Assembly: GCA_040004535.1 (NCBI GenBank)
Contig: JBDUAS010000004.1
Span: 9,508 to 73,507 of the forward strand
Reading direction: 5' to 3'
DNA from: Deltaproteobacteria bacterium
Lineage (GTDB): Bacteria > Myxococcota_A > Polyangia > Haliangiales > Haliangiaceae
Length of the DNA: 64,000 nt
In this document: one piece after another, positions 46,585 to 55,911 of the stretch
Numbering within the stretch: the stretch's first letter is position 1
Layout: the number at the start of each line of letters is the position of its first letter
Position numbers and translations under genes: made by a program
The notes under the pieces: model-generated
What the model was told of the DNA's origin: nothing
Databases searched by the model: none
The model's input: only the letters and a program-made list of their open reading frames with translations

Positions 46585-46926
46585 ATGTCCGTCGCGCTGA
46601 CGCAGAAGACGTTCGATCGCACGATCGCGACTGGCATCGTGGTCATCGACTGGTGGGCCGCCTGGTGCGGCCCGTGCCGCGCGTTTGCGCCGGTGTTCGA
46701 GGCCGCGAGTCAGCGCCATCCAACCGTCACGTTCGGCAAGGTCGACACCGACGGAGAGACCCAGCTCGCGGCCCGGTTCGAGATCTCCGCGATCCCGACG
46801 CTGATGGTGTTCCGCGATGGCGTCCTGGTGTTCCGCCGTGCCGGCGCGATCGGGGTCGACGGCCTCGACGTCTTGATCGATCACGTCAAGGCCCTCCCCT
46901 CGTCGGAGGTGCGCGGTGCGCGCTGA
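46585..46926 (+). CDS. Thioredoxin (113 aa)
   Basis: Active site WAAWCGPC. Also contains IPTLMVFRDG. Confidence 0.9.
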   Translation: MSVALTQKTFDRTIATGIVVIDWWAAWCGPCRAFAPVFEAASQRHPTVTFGKVDTDGETQLAARFEISAIPTLMVFRDGVLVFRRAGAIGVDGLDVLIDHVKALPSSEVRGAR

Positions 46927-47792
46927 GGCCGCGTGGATCCTCGCCGTCGCGGGGCTGGCGCTCGCGGGATGCGGCCGCAAGGAGCCGCGCGAGGCGGCCG
47001 TCGCCGGCACAGCGATCCGTGTCGCGGCCACGACCGCGCACGACGAGCCACTCGCGGAGCTGTACCTCGCGAGCGGCACGGTGCGCGGGCGCACGACGAT
47101 CACGTTGACGAGCAAGACCTCTGGATACGTCCGCGACGTCCGGGTGCGCGCCGGCGATCGGGTGCGCGCCGGGCAGGTGCTCGTCGAGCTCGAGGCCAAC
47201 GACGTCCGCGCCGGCATCTCGCGAGGGCGCGCCGAGCTGGATCACGCGACGGAGGCACGCGCCGAGGCCGCGAGCGCTGTCGATGCCGCGCGGATCACGG
47301 CCGAGCTCGCGAAGACCACGCGCGATCTACATCCTCAACGTCGCGTGGTTCCAGTCGTTCAAGACCCCGCTCGTGATCATGTCCGCGATCCCGTTCTCGT
47401 TGATCGGGATCCTGCCCGCGCACGGGGCGATGAACGCGTTCTTCACCGCGACGTCCATGATCGGCTTCATCGCGGGCGCCGGGATCGTGGTGCGTAACTC
47501 GATCATCCTCGTCGACTTTATCGAGCAGCGCCTCGCCGAGGGCGTGCCGCTGGAACAGGCCGTGGTCGATGCGGGCGCGATCCGGTTCCGGCCGATGGTC
47601 CTGACCGCCGCCGCGGTCGTGGTCGGCGCCTTCATCATCCTGTTCGACCCGATCTTCCAGGGCCTCGCGATCTCGCTGATGGCGGGCGAAGTGGCGTCGC
47701 TGCTGCTGTCGCGGATGACCGTGCCGGTGGTGTACTTCCTGATGAAGCGCCGGGAGCTGCGCCGGGCCCGCCACCTCGGGCCGCTGGGCTGA
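46916..47792 (+). pseudogene. Deletion remnant: N-terminus of an RND adaptor (MFP) lipoprotein joined out of frame to the C-terminal about 150 aa of an RND permease
   Basis: The first frame gives lipobox LALAGC plus a barrel-sandwich start ([24 protein letters not shown]) up to about 47325. A second frame gives [28 protein letters not shown] ... [11 protein letters not shown] ... [15 protein letters not shown] (RND TM10-12) through to the stop at 47792. Confidence 0.65.
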
Positions 47793-47881
47793 ATCCTGTC
47801 CGAACCCTCGCGCGACCCGAAGCTCGCCGCCTCGTACGCGTGATCGAACGGCTCCGACCTGGAAGATCTGTCCCGAGCCGT

Positions 47882-47910
47882 GAACCCTTTCGGGGTCGAG
47901 CTGGCTCTCG
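47882..47910 (+). promoter_or_regulatory. ECF-type promoter motif copy d
   Basis: GAACCCTttcggggtcgagctggcTCTCG (17-nt spacer), 6 nt before GTG 47917. Confidence 0.5.
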
Positions 47911-47916
47911 AAGCAC

Positions 47917-48135
47917 GTGCAAAGGCCTACTCTCACGATCGATGGATTGGTCCTCGCATTCGCCGGCGCGATGGTGCTTCTCGGCACGGTGCTCGCGGTG
48001 ACCGTGAGCTCGAAGTTCCTTTTCCTGACCGGGTTCGTCGGAGCGAACCTGCTCCAGTCTTCGTTCACCGGCTTTTGCCCGCTCGCGAAGATCCTGAAGC
48101 GTGCAGGCTGCCGGTGCGGGACTGCCTTCGAGTGA
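47917..48135 (+). CDS. DUF2892 (YgaP-like) small membrane protein (72 aa)
   Basis: Two TM helices and the terminal FTGFCPLAKIL motif. Confidence 0.7.
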   Translation: MQRPTLTIDGLVLAFAGAMVLLGTVLAVTVSSKFLFLTGFVGANLLQSSFTGFCPLAKILKRAGCRCGTAFE

Positions 48136-48761
48136 GTACGCGATCCAGCCTGTGGGCCGATCGCGTCCTGCCGCACCTCATCGAGAAGGCGTGCCGCAGC
48201 ACGGCGATCCTCGAGGAGCGCAAGCGGTGGGTGCCGCGAGCGTACGGCGACGTGCTCGAGCTCGGCGTGGGGTCGGGGCTCAACCTCGCGTTCTACGACG
48301 CCTCCTCGGTGGCGAAGGTGACCGGAATCGATCGCTCGGCCCCGCTCCTCGCGCGTGCGGCGCGGCGCGCCACGACCGCGCCGGTGGCAGTCGAGCTCGT
48401 CCGCGGCCATGCCGAACACTTGCCGTTTCCCGATCGAACGTTCGACTCGGCTGTGATCACGTATTCGTTATGTAGCGTCGACGATCCTGGAGGCGCGCTG
48501 GCCGAGCTGCGTCGCGTGCTGCGCCCCGGCGGCGAGCTCGTGTTCGTCGAGCACGGGCTCGCGCGCGACGCCGCGACTCGGCGGTGGCAGCACTGGCTCA
48601 CGCCCGTGTGGCGGCGGATCGGAGGAGGATGCCACCTCGACCGCGACATCCCAGCGATCCTGCGCGATGCCGGATTTCTCTCCGATGACCTGCACGCGGA
48701 CTACGCCGACGGTGCGAGGTGGCTGAGCTTCACGTTCGAAGGCACCGCGCGCGTGGCGTGA
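48132..48761 (+). CDS. Class I SAM-dependent methyltransferase (209 aa)
   Basis: GTGA overlap with the upstream gene. Motif I VLELGVGSGLN, and post-I/II LRPGGELVFVEH. Confidence 0.8.
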   Translation: MSTRSSLWADRVLPHLIEKACRSTAILEERKRWVPRAYGDVLELGVGSGLNLAFYDASSVAKVTGIDRSAPLLARAARRATTAPVAVELVRGHAEHLPFPDRTFDSAVITYSLCSVDDPGGALAELRRVLRPGGELVFVEHGLARDAATRRWQHWLTPVWRRIGGGCHLDRDIPAILRDAGFLSDDLHADYADGARWLSFTFEGTARVA

Positions 48762-48786
48762 CACGCGCGTCCAGCTTGGAGGTCCA

Positions 48787-49386
48787 ATGACCAGCTTCTG
48801 GGATCAGAGATATGGCAGCGACGAGTACGCCTACGGCACCGAGCCCAACGATTTTCTGCGCGCCGAGGCTCACCAAATCCCGCCCGGACCCGTGCTGTGT
48901 CTGGCCGAAGGTGAAGGGCGCAACGCAGTGTTCCTCGCGCAGCGCGGTTATCAGGTGACCGCCGTCGACCTAGCGATCGAAGGATTGCACAAGGCCGAGC
49001 GGCTCGCGCGACGCCATGGCGTCACGCTCGAGCTCGTGCAGGCGGACCTCGCGACCTTCGATCTCGGACTCGATCGCTGGAGTGGGATCGTCGAGATTTT
49101 CGCGCACGTCTTGCCGGCCGTACGCACACGGGTGCACGCGCAGATCGCGCAAGCCTTGCGCGTCGGTGGTTGCCTCGTGCTCGAGACGTACCGGCCCGAG
49201 CAGCTAGCCCTCGCTACGGGGGGCCCGAAGGAGCTCGCTCTGCTCAGCACGCTCTCCGAATTGCGTGCGCAGCTGAGCCCGCTCGAGCTCGTCATCGCAC
49301 GCGAGGCCAACCGCGAGATCCACGAGGGCCGCTTTCATGATGGCCCGAGTGCCACGGTCCAGCTCGTCGGTCTGCGGCGGGTGTGA
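48787..49386 (+). CDS. Class I SAM-dependent methyltransferase, TehB-like (199 aa)
   Basis: GGAGG ribosome-binding site. FWDQRYGSDEYAYG, VLCLAEGEGRNAVFLAQRG, LRVGGCLVLE. Confidence 0.8.
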   Translation: MTSFWDQRYGSDEYAYGTEPNDFLRAEAHQIPPGPVLCLAEGEGRNAVFLAQRGYQVTAVDLAIEGLHKAERLARRHGVTLELVQADLATFDLGLDRWSGIVEIFAHVLPAVRTRVHAQIAQALRVGGCLVLETYRPEQLALATGGPKELALLSTLSELRAQLSPLELVIAREANREIHEGRFHDGPSATVQLVGLRRV

Positions 49387-49392
49387 TCGCGC

Positions 49393-49420
49393 GAACCCTC
49401 CACGCGCCGTTTGGCTCTGA
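49393..49420 (+). promoter_or_regulatory. ECF-type promoter motif copy e
   Basis: GAACCCTccacgcgccgtttggcTCTGA, followed by AGGAG and ATG 49440. Confidence 0.6.
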
Positions 49421-49439
49421 TCTCGCAAGGAGCTACACC

Positions 49440-49646
49440 ATGCTGACCAACGAATCATCCTTCGACCGTGGACTGCGCGTGCTCGTCGGAATCATCTTGC
49501 TCTCGCTCGTCTTCATCGGACCGAAGACATTGTGGGGTCTGATCGGGCTCGTGCCACTCGCGACCGGCCTCGTCGGGTTCTGCCCGCTGTACCGGGTGCT
49601 CGGCATCACGACCTGCCCTGCCCGTCCACGTAACCAGGCAGCTTGA
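49440..49646 (+). CDS. DUF2892 (YgaP-like) small membrane protein (68 aa)
   Basis: FDRGLRVLVGIILL ... LVGFCPLYRVLG. Confidence 0.7.
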   Translation: MLTNESSFDRGLRVLVGIILLSLVFIGPKTLWGLIGLVPLATGLVGFCPLYRVLGITTCPARPRNQAA

Positions 49647-49647
49647 G

Positions 49648-50073
49648 ATGGCGAAGCCCGCACCGTTTCCCCATACGTACTCGGTCAAGCTGCAGGATCG
49701 CCGTCTCACCGCGCCGCCACGGGCCGCGATCTCCATCGGCGCGCCGCCTCAGTTCGGCGGCAGCAACGAGGTGTGGAGCCCGGAGGACCTGCTGGTAGGC
49801 GCCGTCCTCCAGTGTCTGTGGACCACATTCGAGGCGTACGCGCGCCACGAGGAGCTCGAGGGCGTCAGCTGGCAGGGCACCGGCACCGGGATCCTGGACA
49901 AGGGTCCGACCGGCCCGGTGTTCACGTCGATCACGCTCGCGATCCAGCTCGTCGTCGCGGCCGCCGATGTCGAGCGAGCGCAGCGCATCCTCGCGACCGC
50001 GGAGAAGCACTGCATCATCTCGAACGCGCTCCGGGTCGCGGTCACGGTCGAAGCCGACGTACGCGCGCGCTAG
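49648..50073 (+). CDS. OsmC/Ohr-family peroxiredoxin-like protein (141 aa)
   Basis: SPEDLLVGAVLQCLWTTF ... AEKHCIISNAL, which contains the two conserved Cys contexts. Confidence 0.85.
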   Translation: MAKPAPFPHTYSVKLQDRRLTAPPRAAISIGAPPQFGGSNEVWSPEDLLVGAVLQCLWTTFEAYARHEELEGVSWQGTGTGILDKGPTGPVFTSITLAIQLVVAAADVERAQRILATAEKHCIISNALRVAVTVEADVRAR

Positions 50074-50153
50074 CCCACGTGACGCACGTGACGCTCGGGC
50101 TCGGGCGCCTTCTCCGACGCACCGGGCTGGATGGCCGCGATCTTCCGTAGCCG

Positions 50154-53100
50154 CTACTCGAGCGTCGTCGGCTGGGAGCGCTTCGCGAGCGCCATGAAGA
50201 TCACCGGCACGAGGAACAGCGACAGCAGCGTCGACGACGTCAACCCGCCGACGACGGCGAGCGCGAGCGGCCGGTTCGCATCGGCGCCGGGGTCGAGCCC
50301 GACGGCGGTCGGGATGAGGCCGATCACCGTGGCGAGCGTGGTCATCGCGATCGGGACGAACCGGACGCGTGCCGCATCGAGGATCGCCGCGCGCTTGTCG
50401 AGCCCTTCGTCGAGCTTGATCCGCGCGTGATCGATCAGCAAGATGCCGTTCGACACGGCGATGCCGACGACCATCAACACGCCCATCAGCGCGGTGATCG
50501 AGAAGCCCATCCCGCCGGCGAGCAACGCGAGCACGATGCCGATCAACGTGCACGGGATCGTGAACAGCATGACGAGCGGCATGCGCAGCGACTTGAACTG
50601 CGACGCCATGATCATGAACACGACCATGACCGCGAGGCCGATGCCGAGCCCGAGCCCCGAGAATGTCGTCCGCATCAGCTCGATCTGACCGACGAACTCG
50701 AACTTGATGTTCGCGGTGCGTGGATCACTCTTCAGCTTCGCCTCGAGCTCGGCCGCGGCAGTGCCGAGGTCGCGACCCTCGGTCTGCATCATGACGTGCG
50801 ACGCGCGCTGGAGGTGATCGCGCTCGATCGCGATCGGCCCGGTCGAGCGCCGGATCACGCCGTACGAGCCGAGCGTCACCGCCGCACCGTTCGCGGCGAT
50901 CCGCAGCGGGATGGTGCGCAACGCGGCCGTGTCGTTGATCCGCTTGTCGTCGTATTCGGTGACCAGGTAGTACGCTTCGCCATTGCCGCCGTCGACCCAC
51001 ACCGAGGGCGTGTTGATGTTGCCGACCGTCGCATCGAGCGTCGCCTGCGCCGCCCCGCGCGCACTCACGCCGACGGTGCCGACCCGCTCGCGATCCGTAT
51101 CGATGTGAACCTCGGGATAGTCGGACTCGAACGTCTGCCAGACATCGCGAACGCCGCCGACCGTCCTCGCGACCTCCGCGACCGCGCGCGATTCGGATTC
51201 GAGTGCTTCGAGCGAATCGGCGCGGACCTCGACGACGAGCGGCGCGTTGAAGCCGTTCGAGAACACGCTCGCGACGAGGCCGCCCGGCCATTGCAGGAAG
51301 TCGACGCCGGGGAAATCGTGGACGAGGATCGCGCGGGCCTGGTCCGCGATGTCCTGCTGCGAGTCCGAGCGGGTCTCGGGGTCGGTCAAGCCGAGCCGGA
51401 TGAACCCCATGTGCGGTCCCCAGTTCGGCGAGCTCATCGCGCTGCGAGCCGCCTTGGGCGAACCGGTGTTCGTGAGCACCAGATCGACGCCCGGCAACTT
51501 CTTCTTCAGGTCGTCGCCCATCGCCTGCATCTTGCGCGACGACTCCTGGATCGAGGTCCCCGGCGCGAGGCGCACGTAGATCCGCTCCATCGACTCGTCG
51601 ATCTGCGGGAAGAACACGCTCGGCAGGTGCGTCGCGATCCAGCCGCTCGCGACCACGAGGATCAGCGAGCCCGCGACGATCGCCCAGCCGGTATCGAGCA
51701 CCCGGTCGAGGACGCGCGCATACCCGTTCGCCATCCCGGTGATCCGGTGCTCGAGCTTCTGGGCGACGGGACCCGGTGTGGTGTCGCGGAGGAGGTAGCG
51801 GCACGCGACCGGCGTCAGCATCACGCTGACGAAGAACGATGCGGCCATCGCCACCGCGACCGTGATCGCGAGTGGCACGAACAGCTTCTGGGCGAGGCCC
51901 GCGAACAACAACACCGGCAACAGCACGGCCATGGTGGTCAGCGTCGATGCGAGGACCGGCAGCACGACGACCTTGGTTCCGATATAGGCAGCTTGTGCGG
52001 CGGATAACCCTTCCCTGCGGTGACGGTGGATCGACTCGAGTACGACGACCGCGTTGTCGACGAGCCGGCCCATGACGAGTGTGAGCCCACCGAGCGTGAA
52101 CACGTTGAGGGTCTGGCCGGTCGCGTTGAGGACGATCAACGTGATCGCGAACGACAGCGGGATCGCGAACGACACGATCAGCGTTCCGCGCAGCGACTGG
52201 AGGAACACCAGGATGACGAGCGCGACGAGGACGAGCGCCTGGAGGATCTCCTTCTTGAGGCCCGCGTAAGAGCTCCGCACGAACGTCGATTGATCGAAGA
52301 TCGGCTTCACGACCATGCCCGGCGGCAAGTTCGGGATGTTCGCGATCGTGGCCTTGACCGCGTCGACGATGTCGATCGTGTTGCCGCCGGGGATGCGCAA
52401 CACGTTGAGGTAAACCCCGTCCGCGCCGTTGATCGACACCGCCTGGGTCTGGGGCGACGCTCCGTCGACGACGGTCGCGACATCCTTGACCCGCACCGGC
52501 TTGCCGTTCGGGCGTTTCACGATCGCGTCGCCGATATCGGCGATCCGCTCGGCGACGGAGTTCGTGTAGAGGTTCGCGTCGAACCGCTTCGTGATCAGCT
52601 CGCCGGAGGGCAACAGCGGGCTCGCGTTCGCGACGGTGTGCGCGATGTCCTGACTGGTCACTCCACGCGCCTGAGCCTTGGTCGGATCGACGACGACGTT
52701 GATCCGGCGCGTGCGACCGCCGTTGACCGACGCGCTCGCGACGCCGGAGATGCCCTCGAGGCTCGGCTCGATGTTGTTCTGCGCGTAGTCGTAGAGCTGC
52801 GCGCCGGAGAGCCCGCCACCGTAGACCGCGACCTGGACGACCGGTGCGTTCGACGGGTCGTACTGCAAGACGAACGGCGGGAGCACGCCCAGCGACTTCG
52901 GCACGGCCGCCATCGCGAACGCGACCTGCTGCTGGACCAGCGTCTGTGCCGCGTCGAGGTTCGTGCCCCACTTCATCCACACGAACACGACCGACAGGTT
53001 GTTGCGCGACGTGCTCTCGACGTGGTCGACGCCGGGCGTCGCACTCACGTATTTCTCGATCCGCCAGGTCAACGTCTTCTCGACGTCCTTCGGACCGAGA

Positions 53101-53252
53101 CCGGGCGCGAGCGTGCCGATCACCAGCACCGGCGGCGTGAGGTCCGGAAACGTATCGACGGCCATACGCGGCGTGACGACCGCTGCGAAGACCATCACGG
53201 CGATGCACGCCATCGCGATCGCGATCGGGTTCTTGAGGGAGGTCTCGATCAC
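50154..53252 (-). CDS. RND efflux transporter permease (1032 aa)
   Basis: 12-TM AcrB-like architecture. The GTG start overlaps the MFP stop (GTGA). Confidence 0.9.
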   Translation of the reverse strand: MIETSLKNPIAIAMACIAVMVFAAVVTPRMAVDTFPDLTPPVLVIGTLAPGLGPKDVEKTLTWRIEKYVSATPGVDHVESTSRNNLSVVFVWMKWGTNLDAAQTLVQQQVAFAMAAVPKSLGVLPPFVLQYDPSNAPVVQVAVYGGGLSGAQLYDYAQNNIEPSLEGISGVASASVNGGRTRRINVVVDPTKAQARGVTSQDIAHTVANASPLLPSGELITKRFDANLYTNSVAERIADIGDAIVKRPNGKPVRVKDVATVVDGASPQTQAVSINGADGVYLNVLRIPGGNTIDIVDAVKATIANIPNLPPGMVVKPIFDQSTFVRSSYAGLKKEILQALVLVALVILVFLQSLRGTLIVSFAIPLSFAITLIVLNATGQTLNVFTLGGLTLVMGRLVDNAVVVLESIHRHRREGLSAAQAAYIGTKVVVLPVLASTLTTMAVLLPVLLFAGLAQKLFVPLAITVAVAMAASFFVSVMLTPVACRYLLRDTTPGPVAQKLEHRITGMANGYARVLDRVLDTGWAIVAGSLILVVASGWIATHLPSVFFPQIDESMERIYVRLAPGTSIQESSRKMQAMGDDLKKKLPGVDLVLTNTGSPKAARSAMSSPNWGPHMGFIRLGLTDPETRSDSQQDIADQARAILVHDFPGVDFLQWPGGLVASVFSNGFNAPLVVEVRADSLEALESESRAVAEVARTVGGVRDVWQTFESDYPEVHIDTDRERVGTVGVSARGAAQATLDATVGNINTPSVWVDGGNGEAYYLVTEYDDKRINDTAALRTIPLRIAANGAAVTLGSYGVIRRSTGPIAIERDHLQRASHVMMQTEGRDLGTAAAELEAKLKSDPRTANIKFEFVGQIELMRTTFSGLGLGIGLAVMVVFMIMASQFKSLRMPLVMLFTIPCTLIGIVLALLAGGMGFSITALMGVLMVVGIAVSNGILLIDHARIKLDEGLDKRAAILDAARVRFVPIAMTTLATVIGLIPTAVGLDPGADANRPLALAVVGGLTSSTLLSLFLVPVIFMALAKRSQPTTLE

Positions 53253-54442
53253 GGCGCGGCCTTCGGCTTCTCCGCATCGGGCTTCGCGGCCTCGGGAACC
53301 CACGGCTCTTCCTTGCCGGTGACCTTGTCGCCATCGTCGAGGAGCCCGCGACCTTCGGTCACCAGCAGCGCGCCCGCAGGTAGCGACGGCTCGACGTAGT
53401 AGACGCCCTGACGCTCGCCGATCAACTTCGCGCGCGTCGAGTGCGCGACGCCGTCCTTGACCACGAACACCTGCGTCTTCGAGCCGTGAACCGTCGCCGC
53501 GATCATCGGGATCGCCGTCGCCGGTAGTGGTGCGCCGGCATCGAGCGACAGCTCCGCGGTGGTGTGGGTTGGAATCTCGCGCTGCGGATCGTCGACATCG
53601 AGCTCGATGTGCACGGTGCGCGTGTCGAGATCCGCCGACGGCGCGCGCCGCGAGATCTTGGCCGTGAGCTCCTTGCCGGTCGCGAGCAGGTGGACGCGCA
53701 CCTCGGTGTCGGGGGCGACGTGGGCGAAATCGTCTTCGGGAACATCGGCGGTGACGCGCACGACATGGCGATCGACGATCGTGACGATCGAGGTCCCGGG
53801 GCGCGCGAACATGCCGGGGTCACCCATGCGCTCGGCGACGTCGCCGTCGAACGGCGCGCGCAACACGCAGTCGTTGACCTGCAGCGACGAGTTCTGGAGC
53901 TGGGCCTGCAACGCGGACAGCTGGGCGGTCTTGCTCGCCGCGTCCGCCTTCTTCATATCGACCTCGTTCTGGGAGACGTACTTGCCGTCGAGCAGGCTCG
54001 CGACGCGCCCGGCCTCGGCCGCCGACGCCGTTCGCATCGCGTCGAGGGCCCGTGCCTGCGCCGCGATCGCGCTGTTCTGCGCCGACGAGCTCCGGCAATC
54101 GAGCGTCGCGATCACCTCGCCGCGCTTGACCACCGCGCCGGGACGCACGAGCACGGTGTCGACGTACGCCGACACCATCTGCGGCCCGATCTTCGCCTCG
54201 ACCCACGGCTCGATCGTGCCGACGTAGCGCCGCCGCTCCTGGAACGGTTGCGCGAGCGCCTTCACCATCGTCACGTTCTTGGGCACGTCGGCGAGTGCGC
54301 TGTGGTTCGTGCCGGCGGTGGCCCTTCGATAGAGCAGACCGCCGATCAGGAGCACCACGACGACGGAGACGGTAAGGAACAGGATCACGCGGCCGCGGTT
54401 GGGGCGGCCGGCGGTCGTGGAAGGTTCGAGTGGTTCGATCAT
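53249..54442 (-). CDS. RND efflux periplasmic adaptor (MFP) (397 aa)
   Basis: N-terminal TM segment, a lipoyl/barrel-sandwich segment (GAVVKRGEVIATLD), a coiled-coil hairpin, and VLRAPFDGDV. ATGA overlap with the TolC-like gene. Confidence 0.85.
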   Translation of the reverse strand: MIEPLEPSTTAGRPNRGRVILFLTVSVVVVLLIGGLLYRRATAGTNHSALADVPKNVTMVKALAQPFQERRRYVGTIEPWVEAKIGPQMVSAYVDTVLVRPGAVVKRGEVIATLDCRSSSAQNSAIAAQARALDAMRTASAAEAGRVASLLDGKYVSQNEVDMKKADAASKTAQLSALQAQLQNSSLQVNDCVLRAPFDGDVAERMGDPGMFARPGTSIVTIVDRHVVRVTADVPEDDFAHVAPDTEVRVHLLATGKELTAKISRRAPSADLDTRTVHIELDVDDPQREIPTHTTAELSLDAGAPLPATAIPMIAATVHGSKTQVFVVKDGVAHSTRAKLIGERQGVYYVEPSLPAGALLVTEGRGLLDDGDKVTGKEEPWVPEAAKPDAEKPKAAP

Positions 54443-55797
54443 GATTTGGACTCCGCGAGCACCCGCACGAGCTGGGCCCGTGCGCGAGAGAGCTGGAACT
54501 GGCCGATCGCGAGCTGGATCTGCGCCTGCGTGAGGAGAGCCTCGGCATCCGAAAGCTCGACCGCCGTGCCGAGCCCTCCGTTGAAACGCGCCTCGGCTTG
54601 CGCGTGATTCGCCTGGGCCGCATCGACCGCACGCTGGAGCGCGGGTTGCGCCGCGCGTTCGACATCGAGCTCGACGAAGCTGCGCTCGGCGATCGATCGG
54701 ACTTGCTCGGTGACCTGCTGGAGCTCGGCCGCGCGCACCGCCTCGAGCCGCGACGAAGTATCGGCGCGCGCCGACACGACGCGGTCGTAGAGCGGCCAGG
54801 TGAACACGACGAGCGCGTCCCAGTTCGGAACATCGGGAACGAACCCACCGCCCGTAGGCGTCGGATGCGTCGTGACCGCCGCCCCACCGGCGCGGCCAGT
54901 GAGCTCTGCCGAGAGACCGAGATCGGGGCGCATCTCGGCGTGGATCGAACGCGTGAACAAGCGCTGCGCGGCGAGTTGATCGCGAGCCGCGCGGAGCTCC
55001 GGCGACCGGGTCTCGACATCGCCGAGCGCTTCGCGGATTGGATCGTCGAGGACGACGTCGTCGGTCCCTGCATCGACCGCGGGAGAGCCCGAACCGATCG
55101 CAGCAGCGAGCACGGCTTGCGCGCTCTTCACCGCTCCCTGCGCGCGGACCTGATAGACCTGGTAGCGTGCGAGATCGGCCTCCGCGCGCGCGAGCTCGAT
55201 CGGCGGCATCAGCTGCGCATTGACCCGCGCTTTCGCAAAATCGCGATGCGTCGTGGAGCGCGTGACCGCGGCCTCCGACGCGGCGAGGACCGCCTTCGCA
55301 CCGAGCACGGCGTAGAAGCTCTCCTCGACGAGGAGATCGAGATCGAGCGCGGAAGCGCGTGCGGTCTCGTTCGCCGCCCGTGCCTGCGCATCGTATGCAT
55401 CCGACAGCAGATCGAGCCGGCCGAAGTCGTAGAGCTCCTTGTGAACCGAGAGCCCGACGATCGTGGAAGGCTCCGGCGCCCACGACACCGGAGCATTCGC
55501 GGGCGTCCCGCCGATGCGCGCGAGATCGAGAAAGCCGAGCGTCGCGTACGAGGCAGTCGTGTTGTTGTTGGTGCCCCCGAGGAGCTCCGCTGCAGCGCCG
55601 ACGCGAAACGCCTTGGCCGCCTCGGGGATCAGGGCCTGCGATCGCGCGACCTCGACGCGAGCACGCGCGGCGATCAACGACGGCTGGTGCTGCCGCGCGT
55701 AATCGAGGGACTGGCGGAGCGACAGCGGCGGCGCGGCTGGCTGCCCGAACACCGGTGAGGCAAACAGGGCCGCGAATACAAACGCATACCTGTGCAT
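54439..55797 (-). CDS. TolC-family outer-membrane efflux protein (452 aa)
   Basis: Signal peptide, then two OEP repeats. LSLRQSLDYARQHQPSLIAARARVEVA is typical of the family. Confidence 0.85.
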   Translation of the reverse strand: MHRYAFVFAALFASPVFGQPAAPPLSLRQSLDYARQHQPSLIAARARVEVARSQALIPEAAKAFRVGAAAELLGGTNNNTTASYATLGFLDLARIGGTPANAPVSWAPEPSTIVGLSVHKELYDFGRLDLLSDAYDAQARAANETARASALDLDLLVEESFYAVLGAKAVLAASEAAVTRSTTHRDFAKARVNAQLMPPIELARAEADLARYQVYQVRAQGAVKSAQAVLAAAIGSGSPAVDAGTDDVVLDDPIREALGDVETRSPELRAARDQLAAQRLFTRSIHAEMRPDLGLSAELTGRAGGAAVTTHPTPTGGGFVPDVPNWDALVVFTWPLYDRVVSARADTSSRLEAVRAAELQQVTEQVRSIAERSFVELDVERAAQPALQRAVDAAQANHAQAEARFNGGLGTAVELSDAEALLTQAQIQLAIGQFQLSRARAQLVRVLAESKS

Positions 55798-55817
55798 GAG
55801 ATGCTGTCGAGCCCGTC

Positions 55818-55833
55818 AGCACGGCGTATGCCA
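55818..55833 (-). promoter_or_regulatory. Putative sigma-54 promoter of the efflux operon
   Basis: The minus strand reads TGGCATacgccgTGCT with correct GG-N10-GC spacing, about 20 nt upstream of ATG 55797. Confidence 0.5.
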
Positions 55834-55874
55834 CGGCCAACTCGCCGTTATCTCGTTCGCACTTCGGCACGACC

Positions 55875-55911
55875 CGGAATTTTTCCCGGACGATGCGGAA
55901 TAGTTCCCGGA
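55875..55911. promoter_or_regulatory. Tandem 16-bp sites CGGAAT-N4-CCCGGA x2 (period 21 bp); candidate activator-binding sites
   Basis: CGGAATttttCCCGGA at 55875-55890 and CGGAATagttCCCGGA at 55896-55911. They lie 45-95 bp upstream of the sigma-54 element, between the efflux operon and the NtrB/NtrC-like genes. Confidence 0.5.

Noticed and set aside
50725-53334. 869-aa minus-strand ORF and several 400-530-aa plus-strand ORFs across the RND permease gene
   Set aside because: These are alternative-frame or antisense artefacts. Only the 50154-53252 frame gives a 12-TM AcrB-like protein.
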